Below, in pieces: positions 28,251 through 36,441 of a stretch of 36,441 nt of DNA (its first letter is position 1; each line of letters starts with the position of its first letter). Source of the stretch: a virus. Taxonomy: Duplodnaviria > Caudoviricetes. The position numbers and the translations under genes are program-made. Location of the stretch: positions 1 to 36,441 of IMG/VR virus record IMGVR_UViG_3300037483_001522; one strand, written 5' to 3'. The notes below the pieces were generated by a model. The model was not told the DNA's origin. It saw only the letters and a list, made by a program, of their open reading frames with translations, and did not search any database.

Positions 28251-28993
28251 CTACTCGCCCCCTTCGCGCATGCCTTTGTCCTGCACACCCACACGCAGTC
28301 CCCATAACCGACATCGGTATCGGGCCACGTTTTCGCAAAGTCCGCGATCGTGAACTGTCGGTCCAGCATCGCCTTGATCGAGGGCTGAGACCGCTTGAAT
28401 TCCCCATCCCAGAATAGGTCAGCACGCATGACTTCAATCGCAGCACCGAGCACGCTTTCCGGAGCCTCAGACTGCACGGCATGTTTCATCAGCTGATGCC
28501 AGAGATCAAGCACTGCCTTCTGGCGTTCAGGGCCCACGTCATCAACACCGATCACTTCTTCGCCGATGACGAACCAACCCCCCGGCTGGAGTTCAGATGC
28601 TGCTTTACTTAGGAACGCCTCCTGTCTCTCAAACGCCAAATGGTGCAACCCCGCGGTGCATAAGATAACATCCGCGCATCCGGGTGGGGTAAACGCGAAT
28701 GCGTCTTCGCAGACGATCGTGATGTTGCTGTATCGCTGGTTTGCCCACTCCACGTATGCCGGCGTAATTGAGCAGCCATAGACTGTCAGATCAGGGCGGC
28801 GACTCACAATGTCGTTTAGCAGGTAGCCCGTGCCGCACATGTAGTCGACGATCAATCCGTGCTTCGGGGCATGCCGTTCGACCCACGCAGACACCCATTT
28901 CAGCAATTCTCCCCACGGCCAATACACATACTCCTGCTCGTAGACATCAGGAGCCGGTAAACTGGTTGCAGAATTGGCTGAGTGTGACTCCAT
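28247..28993 (-). CDS. Class I SAM-dependent methyltransferase
   Basis: IVDYMCGTG, DVILCTAGLHH and LQPGGWFVI motifs; start at 28993 is 7 nt after the upstream stop. Confidence 0.85.
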   Translation of the reverse strand: MESHSANSATSLPAPDVYEQEYVYWPWGELLKWVSAWVERHAPKHGLIVDYMCGTGYLLNDIVSRRPDLTVYGCSITPAYVEWANQRYSNITIVCEDAFAFTPPGCADVILCTAGLHHLAFERQEAFLSKAASELQPGGWFVIGEEVIGVDDVGPERQKAVLDLWHQLMKHAVQSEAPESVLGAAIEVMRADLFWDGEFKRSQPSIKAMLDRQFTIADFAKTWPDTDVGYGDCVWVCRTKACAKGASR

Positions 28994-29000
28994 AGGATAA

Positions 29001-29876
29001 TCAATCGCCACTTGGTAGCGTGGCACGGGACGGAACGTTGTACTTTTTCGCAAGAGCATCCAACACGCCGGTCGCCTCAAGATTGCGCAGGCACACCGTC
29101 AGGAAGTCCGCACCCTCTTGATCCGTGGGCCTCAGGGCGAATCCCGCCGGCATGTAGGCGGGCGGATTGTTAACGAAGAGTGCTTTGACCTCACCGGAAT
29201 GCTCCTCCACAAAACGCACGGCGTCAGCAGCGTCCGCGACTGCCACATCAGCCCTGCCAGCAAGCACCTCATTAAAAACCTGAAGCAGATCGGTCCCGGT
29301 TTGGATGGGAACAATCTTCGCCTTCGTGAATCGGGCCGTTAACAGCGTTTCGCTTGCCCATCCTTGTCCGACTGCAATGGTGACTTCTCCCCGGTCAAGA
29401 CTGTCAAAGTCCGTGAACCGCTGTTCACCGACTCGCACGACAGCGATCCCGTCGGCGAAATAGGCGTAGGGTTCCGTGAACGCGAACTCCCGAGCACGCG
29501 GGACCGTCTGGAATATGGGGTCGGCGATCACATCAAACTGGCCGCGCTTGAGGTCGGCTGACATGGTGTTCCAGTTCATCCGGTGCCAGACAACCGTGCA
29601 ATTGAGTTGCTTCGCGATCTCATTGATTACGTCGACACTGAAACCGCTAACTCGGCCCGACGCCGCATCCTCGATCGTGTAGGGTGGGTATACTCCGTAT
29701 CCAGCGTGCAACTCACCGCTTGCTTCGATTCGCTGAAGCAAACCTGGCGTCGTCGCATCGGGATTAGCAGTATTAGATGAACCTTTGGACCAGCCAGCAA
29801 CCCCAGCAATGATTGCAGCTAGGAGCGCAAGGACGCTCATGATCAAGGCTGCCTGAACGCTCTTTGTACTTGCCAT
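29001..29876 (-). CDS. Amino acid ABC transporter substrate-binding protein (SBP family 3)
   Basis: N-terminal hydrophobic signal or anchor; YPPY, SGFSVDV and FAFTEPY motifs. Confidence 0.9.
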   Translation of the reverse strand: MASTKSVQAALIMSVLALLAAIIAGVAGWSKGSSNTANPDATTPGLLQRIEASGELHAGYGVYPPYTIEDAASGRVSGFSVDVINEIAKQLNCTVVWHRMNWNTMSADLKRGQFDVIADPIFQTVPRAREFAFTEPYAYFADGIAVVRVGEQRFTDFDSLDRGEVTIAVGQGWASETLLTARFTKAKIVPIQTGTDLLQVFNEVLAGRADVAVADAADAVRFVEEHSGEVKALFVNNPPAYMPAGFALRPTDQEGADFLTVCLRNLEATGVLDALAKKYNVPSRATLPSGD

Positions 29877-29915
29877 TGGTTGGTCTCCTGATATGGGTGC
29901 TGGAGAGCGCGCGAG

Positions 29916-31178
29916 CTAAGCACCCTGATCGGCTCTGAGAGAGGCCCGTTTACGCTTGTCGTACTCGTCATCCAAGCCAAATCTATGGCACATTGTCTGC
30001 AAATCAAATCCCTCAATTGATACAGCATCAAGCTCATTCCGTACTTCATCCCACGGATTGTTATCCCATTGTTCCAATAGAACCTGTCTCACGGCGTGTT
30101 CAATGTCCTTGCGCCAACGGAGATCGCCGGCCGGATGCATGAATCCAACAGGTACATCTATGGGATAGCGGCAATCAAAACCATGATGCCGAAATGACTT
30201 GTGAATGTCATCATTTGACGCGGCCAAGGATACAATATCCGTTGCAATACCGTGATCACAGACGATCACTCTGCGGTCGTCACGGTCAGCGCACCAGGCC
30301 GCCAACTCACTAATTGAGATCTTGTTTTCCGTAGGAATCACGGAAAACCCCTTGCCTAGATGCGCTTCGGCGTAAGCCGTAGCGACTGTCTGGCTGAGCA
30401 TGCCAACTTCTAGTCGTTCTATGTGATTATGCAGTGCCGTAATCTTGTCATTGAAAGTGCTCTTAGCATTCTCAAGTATCTTGGCTGGGTGCGAACGATC
30501 GACCGCCAACAGAGTGAACGTGCGAAGTATACCGATTTGCACAACATCAATGAGTTGCTGACGATATCCGTACTTCAACATCGGCGATTCGCAGAATTCG
30601 ATAGCATTATGGAGCATCGCACTGGCTAGACTATCCCAGTGTTCGATTCCAGATTTAGGCCGTTCATTGTCAGCGCCGATTATGCCCCGAAAAGTCGCAC
30701 GCGTCTTCTCAGCGAAAGCCCTATAATGCGGCTTTTTGATGTATGACTCCGGCTCGAAGTACATCCGGCCTTCCGGTGTCCGGGTACGGACGATGTCTCT
30801 CGCGGTCAGCGTGTCCATTACTCCTTGAGGAGTTCGCGTTGGGGTTCTCAGTTCTTGAGCATCTAGGAGAATTCGTGCGTTGTCATTGATGGGTGCAGTA
30901 GCCGAAGCAAGCCAGATTTCTTCTTCTGGTGTTATCCAGAGACTCTGATCGTCGCGGATGCTGTAAGCAAAACTGAGGCAACGCAATGTCCCCTGTTCGA
31001 CCAATTGGCGTACCTGCTCAGCGGATAATAAACCTTCTCGGGCGTGACCTAAGAAAAATGGTCCTTCGAGCTGCCCGGCTTCACGGACGACAAAAGGTAC
31101 CTGCACCCACCCAGTCTTGGCTGGGGGTGTGTACGCGTAGTGCGTGACACGAGGATTATCTGGTCGCCTCTTTTGCAT
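29916..31178 (-). CDS. Hypothetical protein with a degenerate C-terminal SBP-3-like domain and no signal peptide
   Basis: Segments align by eye to the neighbouring SBP; the start is 31178 or 31259. Confidence 0.7.
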   Translation of the reverse strand: MQKRRPDNPRVTHYAYTPPAKTGWVQVPFVVREAGQLEGPFFLGHAREGLLSAEQVRQLVEQGTLRCLSFAYSIRDDQSLWITPEEEIWLASATAPINDNARILLDAQELRTPTRTPQGVMDTLTARDIVRTRTPEGRMYFEPESYIKKPHYRAFAEKTRATFRGIIGADNERPKSGIEHWDSLASAMLHNAIEFCESPMLKYGYRQQLIDVVQIGILRTFTLLAVDRSHPAKILENAKSTFNDKITALHNHIERLEVGMLSQTVATAYAEAHLGKGFSVIPTENKISISELAAWCADRDDRRVIVCDHGIATDIVSLAASNDDIHKSFRHHGFDCRYPIDVPVGFMHPAGDLRWRKDIEHAVRQVLLEQWDNNPWDEVRNELDAVSIEGFDLQTMCHRFGLDDEYDKRKRASLRADQGA

Positions 31179-32094
31179 GGTGTGCGTCTTCGGGAAAATG
31201 TTGATGCTTGGCGAAGAACCGGGCAACATCGTCAGATGCCTGTCTGAAGTCGTGCCCATTTTTGTCTACATCCCAGATATACGGAATTAGTCTGCATTGA
31301 GGGTGAGTAGAGTTAAAAACTTCGGGTTGGCCAATTGATTCAAGCATACGGCCGCCACCCGACAGAGCCACATGTCGATGCGGCCAGAGAATTGCTACGA
31401 AATCTGAAGCGGGCACGGTGTCGTGATAATGGAATTCCAAGAACCATTTCCAGCATTCAGAGTGAAACGTATGACCATCCGAACATCGGGGCGATCCCCA
31501 ATAATGCCAGAAATCACCTTTGTGACGTGGATTATGCTTTGCTTCAAAATATGCTAGTCGTCGTCCGTCGAGTGGGAGAAGGAATGTTGCTGTTAAGTCG
31601 TCATTTGGAGCGTCGGGAGAACGGAGATCTCGGTTTGTGACGATCACTCGTGGAAAGGTTTCCTTCTCCGTGCTGATAAAGACACCAAATGGCGGTTGAA
31701 GAATTGGTCCCTCTCGCGCGTAATGGGGGTCGTGGACTCCCAAGTAAGCGAATACATATTGGTCGAGCCCCATCTTGCGCGCCTCGGGCATGTCGCGACG
31801 CGGCTCGCCGTCTAAGAGTTTGTTATCCACAGTGCGACGTGCATCGGAGAGGAGTGCTCTGTCCTCAATCAAGATGCTCTTCCAGGTTTCACGCCAATTG
31901 GCTTTGCCCGCAACGTCCCAGTTTTTGAATGCCCCGAATGTGTGAGTAGTAGGTAGTAGAACCGCCTCCGCACCTCGAGGAGGATTGTCCAGATCTGCTG
32001 GTTCGAGCGAGAGGCGACGGAGACACTGCCGGTAGTTCTGCCCGAGCAGATCAGGCTCGAGCATTCGTGGAGTTAACTGGTTCGCTTCGGTCAT
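31156..32094 (-). CDS. Hypothetical protein, possible ADP-ribosyltransferase (DarT-like) fold
   Basis: 312-aa ORF with GCAGGA RBS. The fold guess rests only on motif order: TH, SIL..LLS, DQYVF, EFHYHDTVP. Confidence 0.65.
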   Translation of the reverse strand: MTEANQLTPRMLEPDLLGQNYRQCLRRLSLEPADLDNPPRGAEAVLLPTTHTFGAFKNWDVAGKANWRETWKSILIEDRALLSDARRTVDNKLLDGEPRRDMPEARKMGLDQYVFAYLGVHDPHYAREGPILQPPFGVFISTEKETFPRVIVTNRDLRSPDAPNDDLTATFLLPLDGRRLAYFEAKHNPRHKGDFWHYWGSPRCSDGHTFHSECWKWFLEFHYHDTVPASDFVAILWPHRHVALSGGGRMLESIGQPEVFNSTHPQCRLIPYIWDVDKNGHDFRQASDDVARFFAKHQHFPEDAHHAKEATR

Positions 32095-32127
32095 ACGTTC
32101 CTGCCAGGGTCGTGATTCAATGATCGC

Positions 32128-32343
32128 CTATTTGCCACTCTTCGGGTGATCGACAGATTGAGCAAGCCGTCCGATTCGCTCAAGGGCTAAGGGTGAGGGT
32201 TGGCTCTTGCCATTCTCCCATCGGTTAACGGTGGAGAACGTGACACCGACTTTCGCTGCGAACTGCTCTTGCGTCAGCCCCAACTTGTGGCGCAGATCAC
32301 GGATGGCTTTTTCGATGTCCTCAGCCAAGGCGGATCTCCACAT
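32128..32343 (-). CDS. XRE-family HTH transcriptional regulator
   Basis: IRDLRHKLGLTQEQFAAKVGVTFSTVNRWENGKSQP. Confidence 0.9.
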   Translation of the reverse strand: MWRSALAEDIEKAIRDLRHKLGLTQEQFAAKVGVTFSTVNRWENGKSQPSPLALERIGRLAQSVDHPKSGK

Positions 32344-32367
32344 TCCAAGTCCGCGTCAACATATCAG

Positions 32368-32379
32368 ATGCTATAGCAT
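32368..32379. promoter_or_regulatory. Perfect 12-bp palindrome ATGCTATAGCAT, candidate XRE operator
   Basis: Lies 24 nt upstream of the XRE ATG. Confidence 0.45.
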
Positions 32380-32425
32380 GCCGGAGTCACCCAGTCAAAC
32401 CGCGTCGGGTAGGCGAATCCTCTGC

Positions 32426-32550
32426 CTGGGCCGGCTGGCCGGCCTGCCGAAGAGCGCACCCAGCTATGCCTGGACATCGAAGCGGTGCTCACCAGCCTCC
32501 CGCCTGAACTCCGCAAGGCGGCTGAACTGCTCCAAACGCAGACCATATCC
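32426..32550 (+). pseudogene. Relic of a sigma-factor region 4 coding sequence
   Basis: My translation gives RPAEERTQLCLDIEAVLTSLPPELRKAAELLQTQTIS, with no start and truncation before the recognition helix. Confidence 0.55.
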
Positions 32551-32655
32551 TCTTCCGCTACTCCCCGCTCGCGGAGCCAAGCGACCAAACGCTGAAAGGT
32601 ACTTGCGCCGTTGACCTGCATGTCGAAGCATGGCCCTGTAGACCGGGGAATGCGA

Positions 32656-32889
32656 TCAGCCCTTCGGCGGATGCGGGTCCTGGCCGTAGGTGTGCTCGGT
32701 CTGGATGGTGCCGTCTTGCTTGTGGATCACCAGCTGGCCGAGGTCCTGGCTCTTGGCGAGCTCACGGCCGCGGTCGACCGCATCGGCCTTGGTCTCGTGG
32801 GTGCTCGAAGCGCGGGACGCGCCCTGACCCTTCACGTTCCAGCCACCTTCTTTGTTCGGAGTTACGTGATACGTCTTTCGGTTTGCCAT
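32656..32889 (-). CDS. DUF2188-like protein from an internal in-frame start
   Basis: AAGGAG 8 nt before the ATG at 32889; HVTP..GGWNVK..GASRAS...LVIHKQDGTIQ...YGQDPHPPKG. Confidence 0.75.
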   Translation of the reverse strand: MANRKTYHVTPNKEGGWNVKGQGASRASSTHETKADAVDRGRELAKSQDLGQLVIHKQDGTIQTEHTYGQDPHPPKG

Positions 32890-33744
32890 GTCAGGTTCTC
32901 CTTGTGTTATGGCATCCTTGATCCAGAGAACTTCTGTCTTCCGTGCTTTCTGCCGTCCACCGGCAGCGTGATTGGCTATGTCAAACTCCACACGACGCCA
33001 GTGGCCGAAGAGTTCCTCGTACAAGGGCGAGGGATAGCCACTGAGAATGACAGCACCCACGCAGGCGTTCAGCGCGTCGGCCAACGCGCGGTGATCGGCT
33101 TCGATCATCTCCACGCCGTAGACGTCGCGGCTGTTGGCGTCGCGCGTTTCGTGAACATACGGCGGATCGCAGTAGATCAGAGTCTCCGGACTGTCGAACC
33201 GTCGAATGGCTTGAATGGCCGGTTGATGCAGAATCTGGACTCGACGTAGACGCTCCACGATCTCCGGCAGTTGATCAATGGCAGTCCACCATGCGTTCAC
33301 GTCACCAGCCATGCCGCCTCTCGCCCTTGACGTGGTGTAGCTCCAGGTCTTGCCTTTCCCACCGAAGGACTGCCGCCATCGCACAAAGTCGCAGACAGCC
33401 ATATCCAGGTCGCTGGCGTCGGGGGGATATTCGGCCGCGTCCTCGAACTCCTTCTGGCTGTACGGGATGAACTGTACGCGGGAGACAAACGCATCACCTT
33501 GGCTTTGCAGTACGCGGAACAACCGGGTGATCCGCAGATCGAGATCGTTGTACGCCTCGACCTCGACCGGAGCTTTGTTCAGCAGTACGGATGCCGCACC
33601 GCCGAACGGCTCCAAGTACACGCGATGCGGCGGGAAGTGCGCGATGATCCTCTCAGCGAGGTAGTGCTTCCCGCCGTGCCACTTCACCGGTGGACGCAGC
33701 TTGCCCTTTCCGGCGTTGCTGGTTGTGGTTCGTTCCTTCTTCAT
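32656..33744 (-). CDS. Dam-like (D12 class) DNA adenine methyltransferase read in frame into a DUF2188-like domain
   Basis: KWHGGK, YLEPFGG and YCDPPY motifs; ATG at 33744 is ATGA-coupled; no stop before MANRKTYHVTP. Confidence 0.88.
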   Translation of the reverse strand: MKKERTTTSNAGKGKLRPPVKWHGGKHYLAERIIAHFPPHRVYLEPFGGAASVLLNKAPVEVEAYNDLDLRITRLFRVLQSQGDAFVSRVQFIPYSQKEFEDAAEYPPDASDLDMAVCDFVRWRQSFGGKGKTWSYTTSRARGGMAGDVNAWWTAIDQLPEIVERLRRVQILHQPAIQAIRRFDSPETLIYCDPPYVHETRDANSRDVYGVEMIEADHRALADALNACVGAVILSGYPSPLYEELFGHWRRVEFDIANHAAGGRQKARKTEVLWIKDAITQGEPDMANRKTYHVTPNKEGGWNVKGQGASRASSTHETKADAVDRGRELAKSQDLGQLVIHKQDGTIQTEHTYGQDPHPPKG

Positions 33745-34868
33745 GCGGCTCGCTGAAAGTTCAGTAGCGGGTGCAGTTGCTTGACCAGCAGAATCTCTGC
33801 TGTTTGTCGAGAAGCCCTGGCCACTCCCGGCATTTCTGCAAGCGAGAGGTCCAGCGGTCCTTGATCCCACAGCCAATTGGGCAGGCCGAGTGACGCGCTG
33901 ACGTCCATGTGCCGTTCAATGCGGTGACGCAGGTCATCCGTCTGACTCAAGAACACCGGCTGTCCGGAGCTTGAGAAGAGGTACAGCCCGCTTGCCTTCG
34001 GCAGCGAGGACGCCTTCAGGTCCGGCACTCGACAAATGGTCTGAAGGTCCGGCACATCCAGTCTTGCGACTTTCTCCTGCTGCAGACGACCGGCTTTCCG
34101 TAGACCAAGCGCCATCCAGCGGTACTCGAGTGGCGAGTAACCAGGAGCCAACTTCGCGGCGTATTGGTCGAACTCAGTCGCCAAGTCCGGATCGCAGATG
34201 ATGCGGTCAAGCGAGACATTCTGCAGACGACGCAAGTGCTGCACAGCGAGTTCGGATGCGTACTCGAAGTCATCCGGATTCTTGACGGTGTAACGCTTCG
34301 TCTTTGGCAGGTCCGTCATCAGGCGATTCTTCCTCGCGTTGAGCAACGCCCAGTTGAGGTCGTAGTCCGTCCCTGCAAGACCAAGCTCACGGCAACGCCG
34401 CAGAAATTGACGGTCCATCTCCGGATCGGCAACAACGCGGTCAGCCGAGTAGCCATCGCGCACTTCGCAGAACGCCTGGATCAAGGACGCCTTCCCGCCA
34501 CCGACCAATGTCGACAGACGAGCCGCGAGCTTCGCCAGCACAAGCTGGTTCAGGCTCGTCCCTTCCTCGGTCGCTTCGTGCTCAAGAGCGGCGTGCATCG
34601 TCTTGGGCAGACGGACGACAAAGCGGCCGCTCTTCTTCGGTTCCGCACCGGCCACGACGCCGGTCTGCTTCATCTTCTGCTCGACCAGTTCGTGCAGCTT
34701 CCCGTAGGCGTCGGACTTGCGGAACTCCGCGCGATCGGAAGGACTCTTGATGTACTTGGCCACCAGGCCGTCGAGAGGGTCGAAGAGGGCGTTCGAAAGG
34801 TCGGCCCATGTCTTCGACTTCTCGGCCAGGCGATGCGCCTCGGCAAGAATGTCGTTTATGGTGCTCAT
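33741..34868 (-). CDS. Multidomain protein: HicB-like RHH, duplicated helical domain, degenerate GIY-YIG-like C-terminus
   Basis: SGRFVVRLPKTMHAAL...GTSLNQLV; SGLYLF...FLSQTDDLRHRIERH...E...HPLLN. Confidence 0.75.
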   Translation of the reverse strand: MSTINDILAEAHRLAEKSKTWADLSNALFDPLDGLVAKYIKSPSDRAEFRKSDAYGKLHELVEQKMKQTGVVAGAEPKKSGRFVVRLPKTMHAALEHEATEEGTSLNQLVLAKLAARLSTLVGGGKASLIQAFCEVRDGYSADRVVADPEMDRQFLRRCRELGLAGTDYDLNWALLNARKNRLMTDLPKTKRYTVKNPDDFEYASELAVQHLRRLQNVSLDRIICDPDLATEFDQYAAKLAPGYSPLEYRWMALGLRKAGRLQQEKVARLDVPDLQTICRVPDLKASSLPKASGLYLFSSSGQPVFLSQTDDLRHRIERHMDVSASLGLPNWLWDQGPLDLSLAEMPGVARASRQTAEILLVKQLHPLLNFQRAA

Positions 34869-35209
34869 TGGGCCTCTCCAGATTCTGACAGTGGCCGAAC
34901 GAACTCCGGCTCTGCCTCTGTTACCTCGAAGTAAAGACTTTCCTGTTTCAAGATTCCCGCAATTCGACGAGCTTGTTGGCGAAGCTCGTCAACACGCTCA
35001 GCGTCCACAACGACCCAGACCATCAGGGACTTGTCGTGGACCAATTCTCCGTTGTCCATCCGATACGAGCCGTCACACGTTCCCGCGACGTTGTAGCCGT
35101 CGAAGGTTTCCTCGATGTCTCTGAGGATGCCGGCCAGCGTCGTCGGCGGCACCTCGACCCCGTCATTGAAGGCCAACGGCAGCAGGAGTATGCATTTCCT
35201 TCGTTTCAT
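34865..35209 (-). CDS. Small hypothetical protein (alternating beta/alpha; DUF3574-like by eye)
   Basis: 114 aa; LPLAFNDG...LKQESLYFE; ATGA-coupled to the next gene. Confidence 0.75.
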   Translation of the reverse strand: MKRRKCILLLPLAFNDGVEVPPTTLAGILRDIEETFDGYNVAGTCDGSYRMDNGELVHDKSLMVWVVVDAERVDELRQQARRIAGILKQESLYFEVTEAEPEFVRPLSESGEAQ

Positions 35210-35229
35210 CGGATGATATCACCTATAGT

Positions 35230-35259
35230 ATTATACGATGCGCCCATGTTCCTCGTCAA
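35230..35259 (-). promoter_or_regulatory. Sigma70 promoter for the 35209-32656 operon
   Basis: TTGACG-18 nt-TATAAT on the minus strand, 20 nt upstream of the ATG; TGATATCA palindrome at 35214-35221. Confidence 0.75.
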
Positions 35260-35461
35260 TCCCGATTTTGCACGGACCAGGAATACGGCATGTCGGAACG
35301 TAACCGACTGTCGAGAAATCACTTGCACTATCTGGCGGTGAGGGTCGGATGAGAGAAATGCATGGCCGCCGGTCGTTTCGACCCGCTGCCGGTGCCCGGC
35401 CCCTGCCCGGGAACGCCCCCGCAAGCACTGCCTTACTGCCTGCGTGCGGTGGGTGCGCCCA

Positions 35462-36163
35462 TCAGCTTTCGGGGTCGGACGGCTCGTCCGTGTCCTGCCG
35501 CTTGAGCTCATCGAGGGTTCCGCCGAACTTGCTCTTCCATTCCTTCCAGCGGTTGGCCGTGCGGCCCAGGAGGGCCATGGCCGCGCCGCTGGGGGTCTTG
35601 AACGTGTGGTCTTCCTGGAAGACGAGTTGGCTGCCGTCCTCGACGATCACGCCGCTGGCCAGCAGTTCCTGCCGCGCGGCGGCGAGCCACTTCCCGGCCG
35701 AGGGAACCACCTGCTTGCGGGCCTTGGAGCCGGCGAAGACGGTGAAGCCGTCCTCGACCAGCTGGCCGCGCCCCTCGCAGTCCGGGCCGGACAGCTCGAA
35801 CACGTCCGCGCCGCTCGCCGTCGGCCTGGCCTCAAACAGCGGGAAGCCCAGTGCCGAGGTCAGGACGTTCAGCGTGTCGAAGGCGTCCATTACGTCGGCC
35901 TGCATCGGTTCGGGGACGAACGGCTGGCCGCCGGAGTTCCCGTTGGACAGGTGGAACCGGCCGACCTCCTTGGCCACCTTGATGCAGTGCCATTCCAGGT
36001 ACTTCGCGTGGGCCTTGGTGAAGCTGTTGGTCTTGGAGACGATGGCCACGGCCGTCTGCCAGAAGTCCAGCGTGCGGTTGTGCTGGAGGAACCGGTCGTA
36101 GCAGTCCTCTGTCTCGCCGATGTAGACGACCGGCTTGGCGGCGTCTTCCGGCTCGCCGAACAC
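35462..36163 (-). CDS. GIY-YIG nuclease with DUF4357-like C-terminus, apparently 5'-truncated
   Basis: VYIGETE..YDRFLQH, YLE and FKTPSGAAMALLGRTANRWKEWK motifs. The first GIY strand and usual N-terminus are missing; GTG at 36163 has AAGGAG 8 nt upstream. Confidence 0.75.
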   Translation of the reverse strand: MFGEPEDAAKPVVYIGETEDCYDRFLQHNRTLDFWQTAVAIVSKTNSFTKAHAKYLEWHCIKVAKEVGRFHLSNGNSGGQPFVPEPMQADVMDAFDTLNVLTSALGFPLFEARPTASGADVFELSGPDCEGRGQLVEDGFTVFAGSKARKQVVPSAGKWLAAARQELLASGVIVEDGSQLVFQEDHTFKTPSGAAMALLGRTANRWKEWKSKFGGTLDELKRQDTDEPSDPES

Positions 36164-36441
36164 ATTGCAGGCTCCTTGCGGAAGCGCCCACAACGGCGTT
36201 CGCTTGGCGACCGGCTCGCTGTCTGGCAGGGTTACGATGCTCGTCTATTAATCAATTACCCGGCGCAAGCGAAAGGTTCCGAAAGCAACCCTGCGCCCAC
36301 TACATCTGCAACCAGTTCGATACTGTTGCGCGAGGGGATCGGAAAAACGGGTGTTGAGCTGAGGTCGAGACTTCCATCCTAGCCACGGGGAAGTGACAAT
36401 ACGCACCGCGACCACCCGTGCCGAACGAGACCGCATAGGAA

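Noticed and set aside
36248-36441. 62-aa ORF or a partial gene at the right edge
   Set aside because: No recognisable motif or RBS, and too little sequence.

Overview
Bases 1 to ~26,500 are one arm of a GC-rich, lambda-like temperate prophage, nearly all on the minus strand; gene style suggests a Planctomycetota host, which is inference. In transcription order it carries: a small ORF, DUF2924-like protein, large serine recombinase and HTH protein; two hypotheticals; an ECF-like sigma factor; RecE-like nuclease, AAA ATPase, DUF669, RusA and DUF4406; a helicase and a prim-pol/DUF3987 primase; two DNA methyltransferases; a small wHTH protein, gpA-type terminase, head-tail protein, portal and a protease-capsid fusion that runs off the left edge. 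Three plus-strand cargo blocks interrupt it: a Cys-rich orphan, a five-gene cluster ending in a HARE-HTH protein, and a DUF6364/PIN toxin-antitoxin pair. The most striking non-gene signals are (i) a 35-bp bipartite motif found three times, upstream of the recombinase, replication and head operons, which may be the promoter of the phage sigma factor; (ii) a hairpin and repeat cluster over the sigma start codon; (iii) two 20-bp-period palindromic arrays inside the primase gene; and (iv) nine GTTTCACC-type iterons at the primase 3' end. Beyond ~26,700 lies an accessory region: a lower-GC cluster (XRE, possible ART-fold protein, cytoplasmic binding-protein paralog, amino-acid-type ABC transporter with an embedded SAM methyltransferase), a sigma-gene relic, an RHH/GIY-YIG plus Dam-like-MTase-DUF2188 operon, and a 5'-truncated GIY-YIG/DUF4357 gene. 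All family calls are by motif recognition, not database search.
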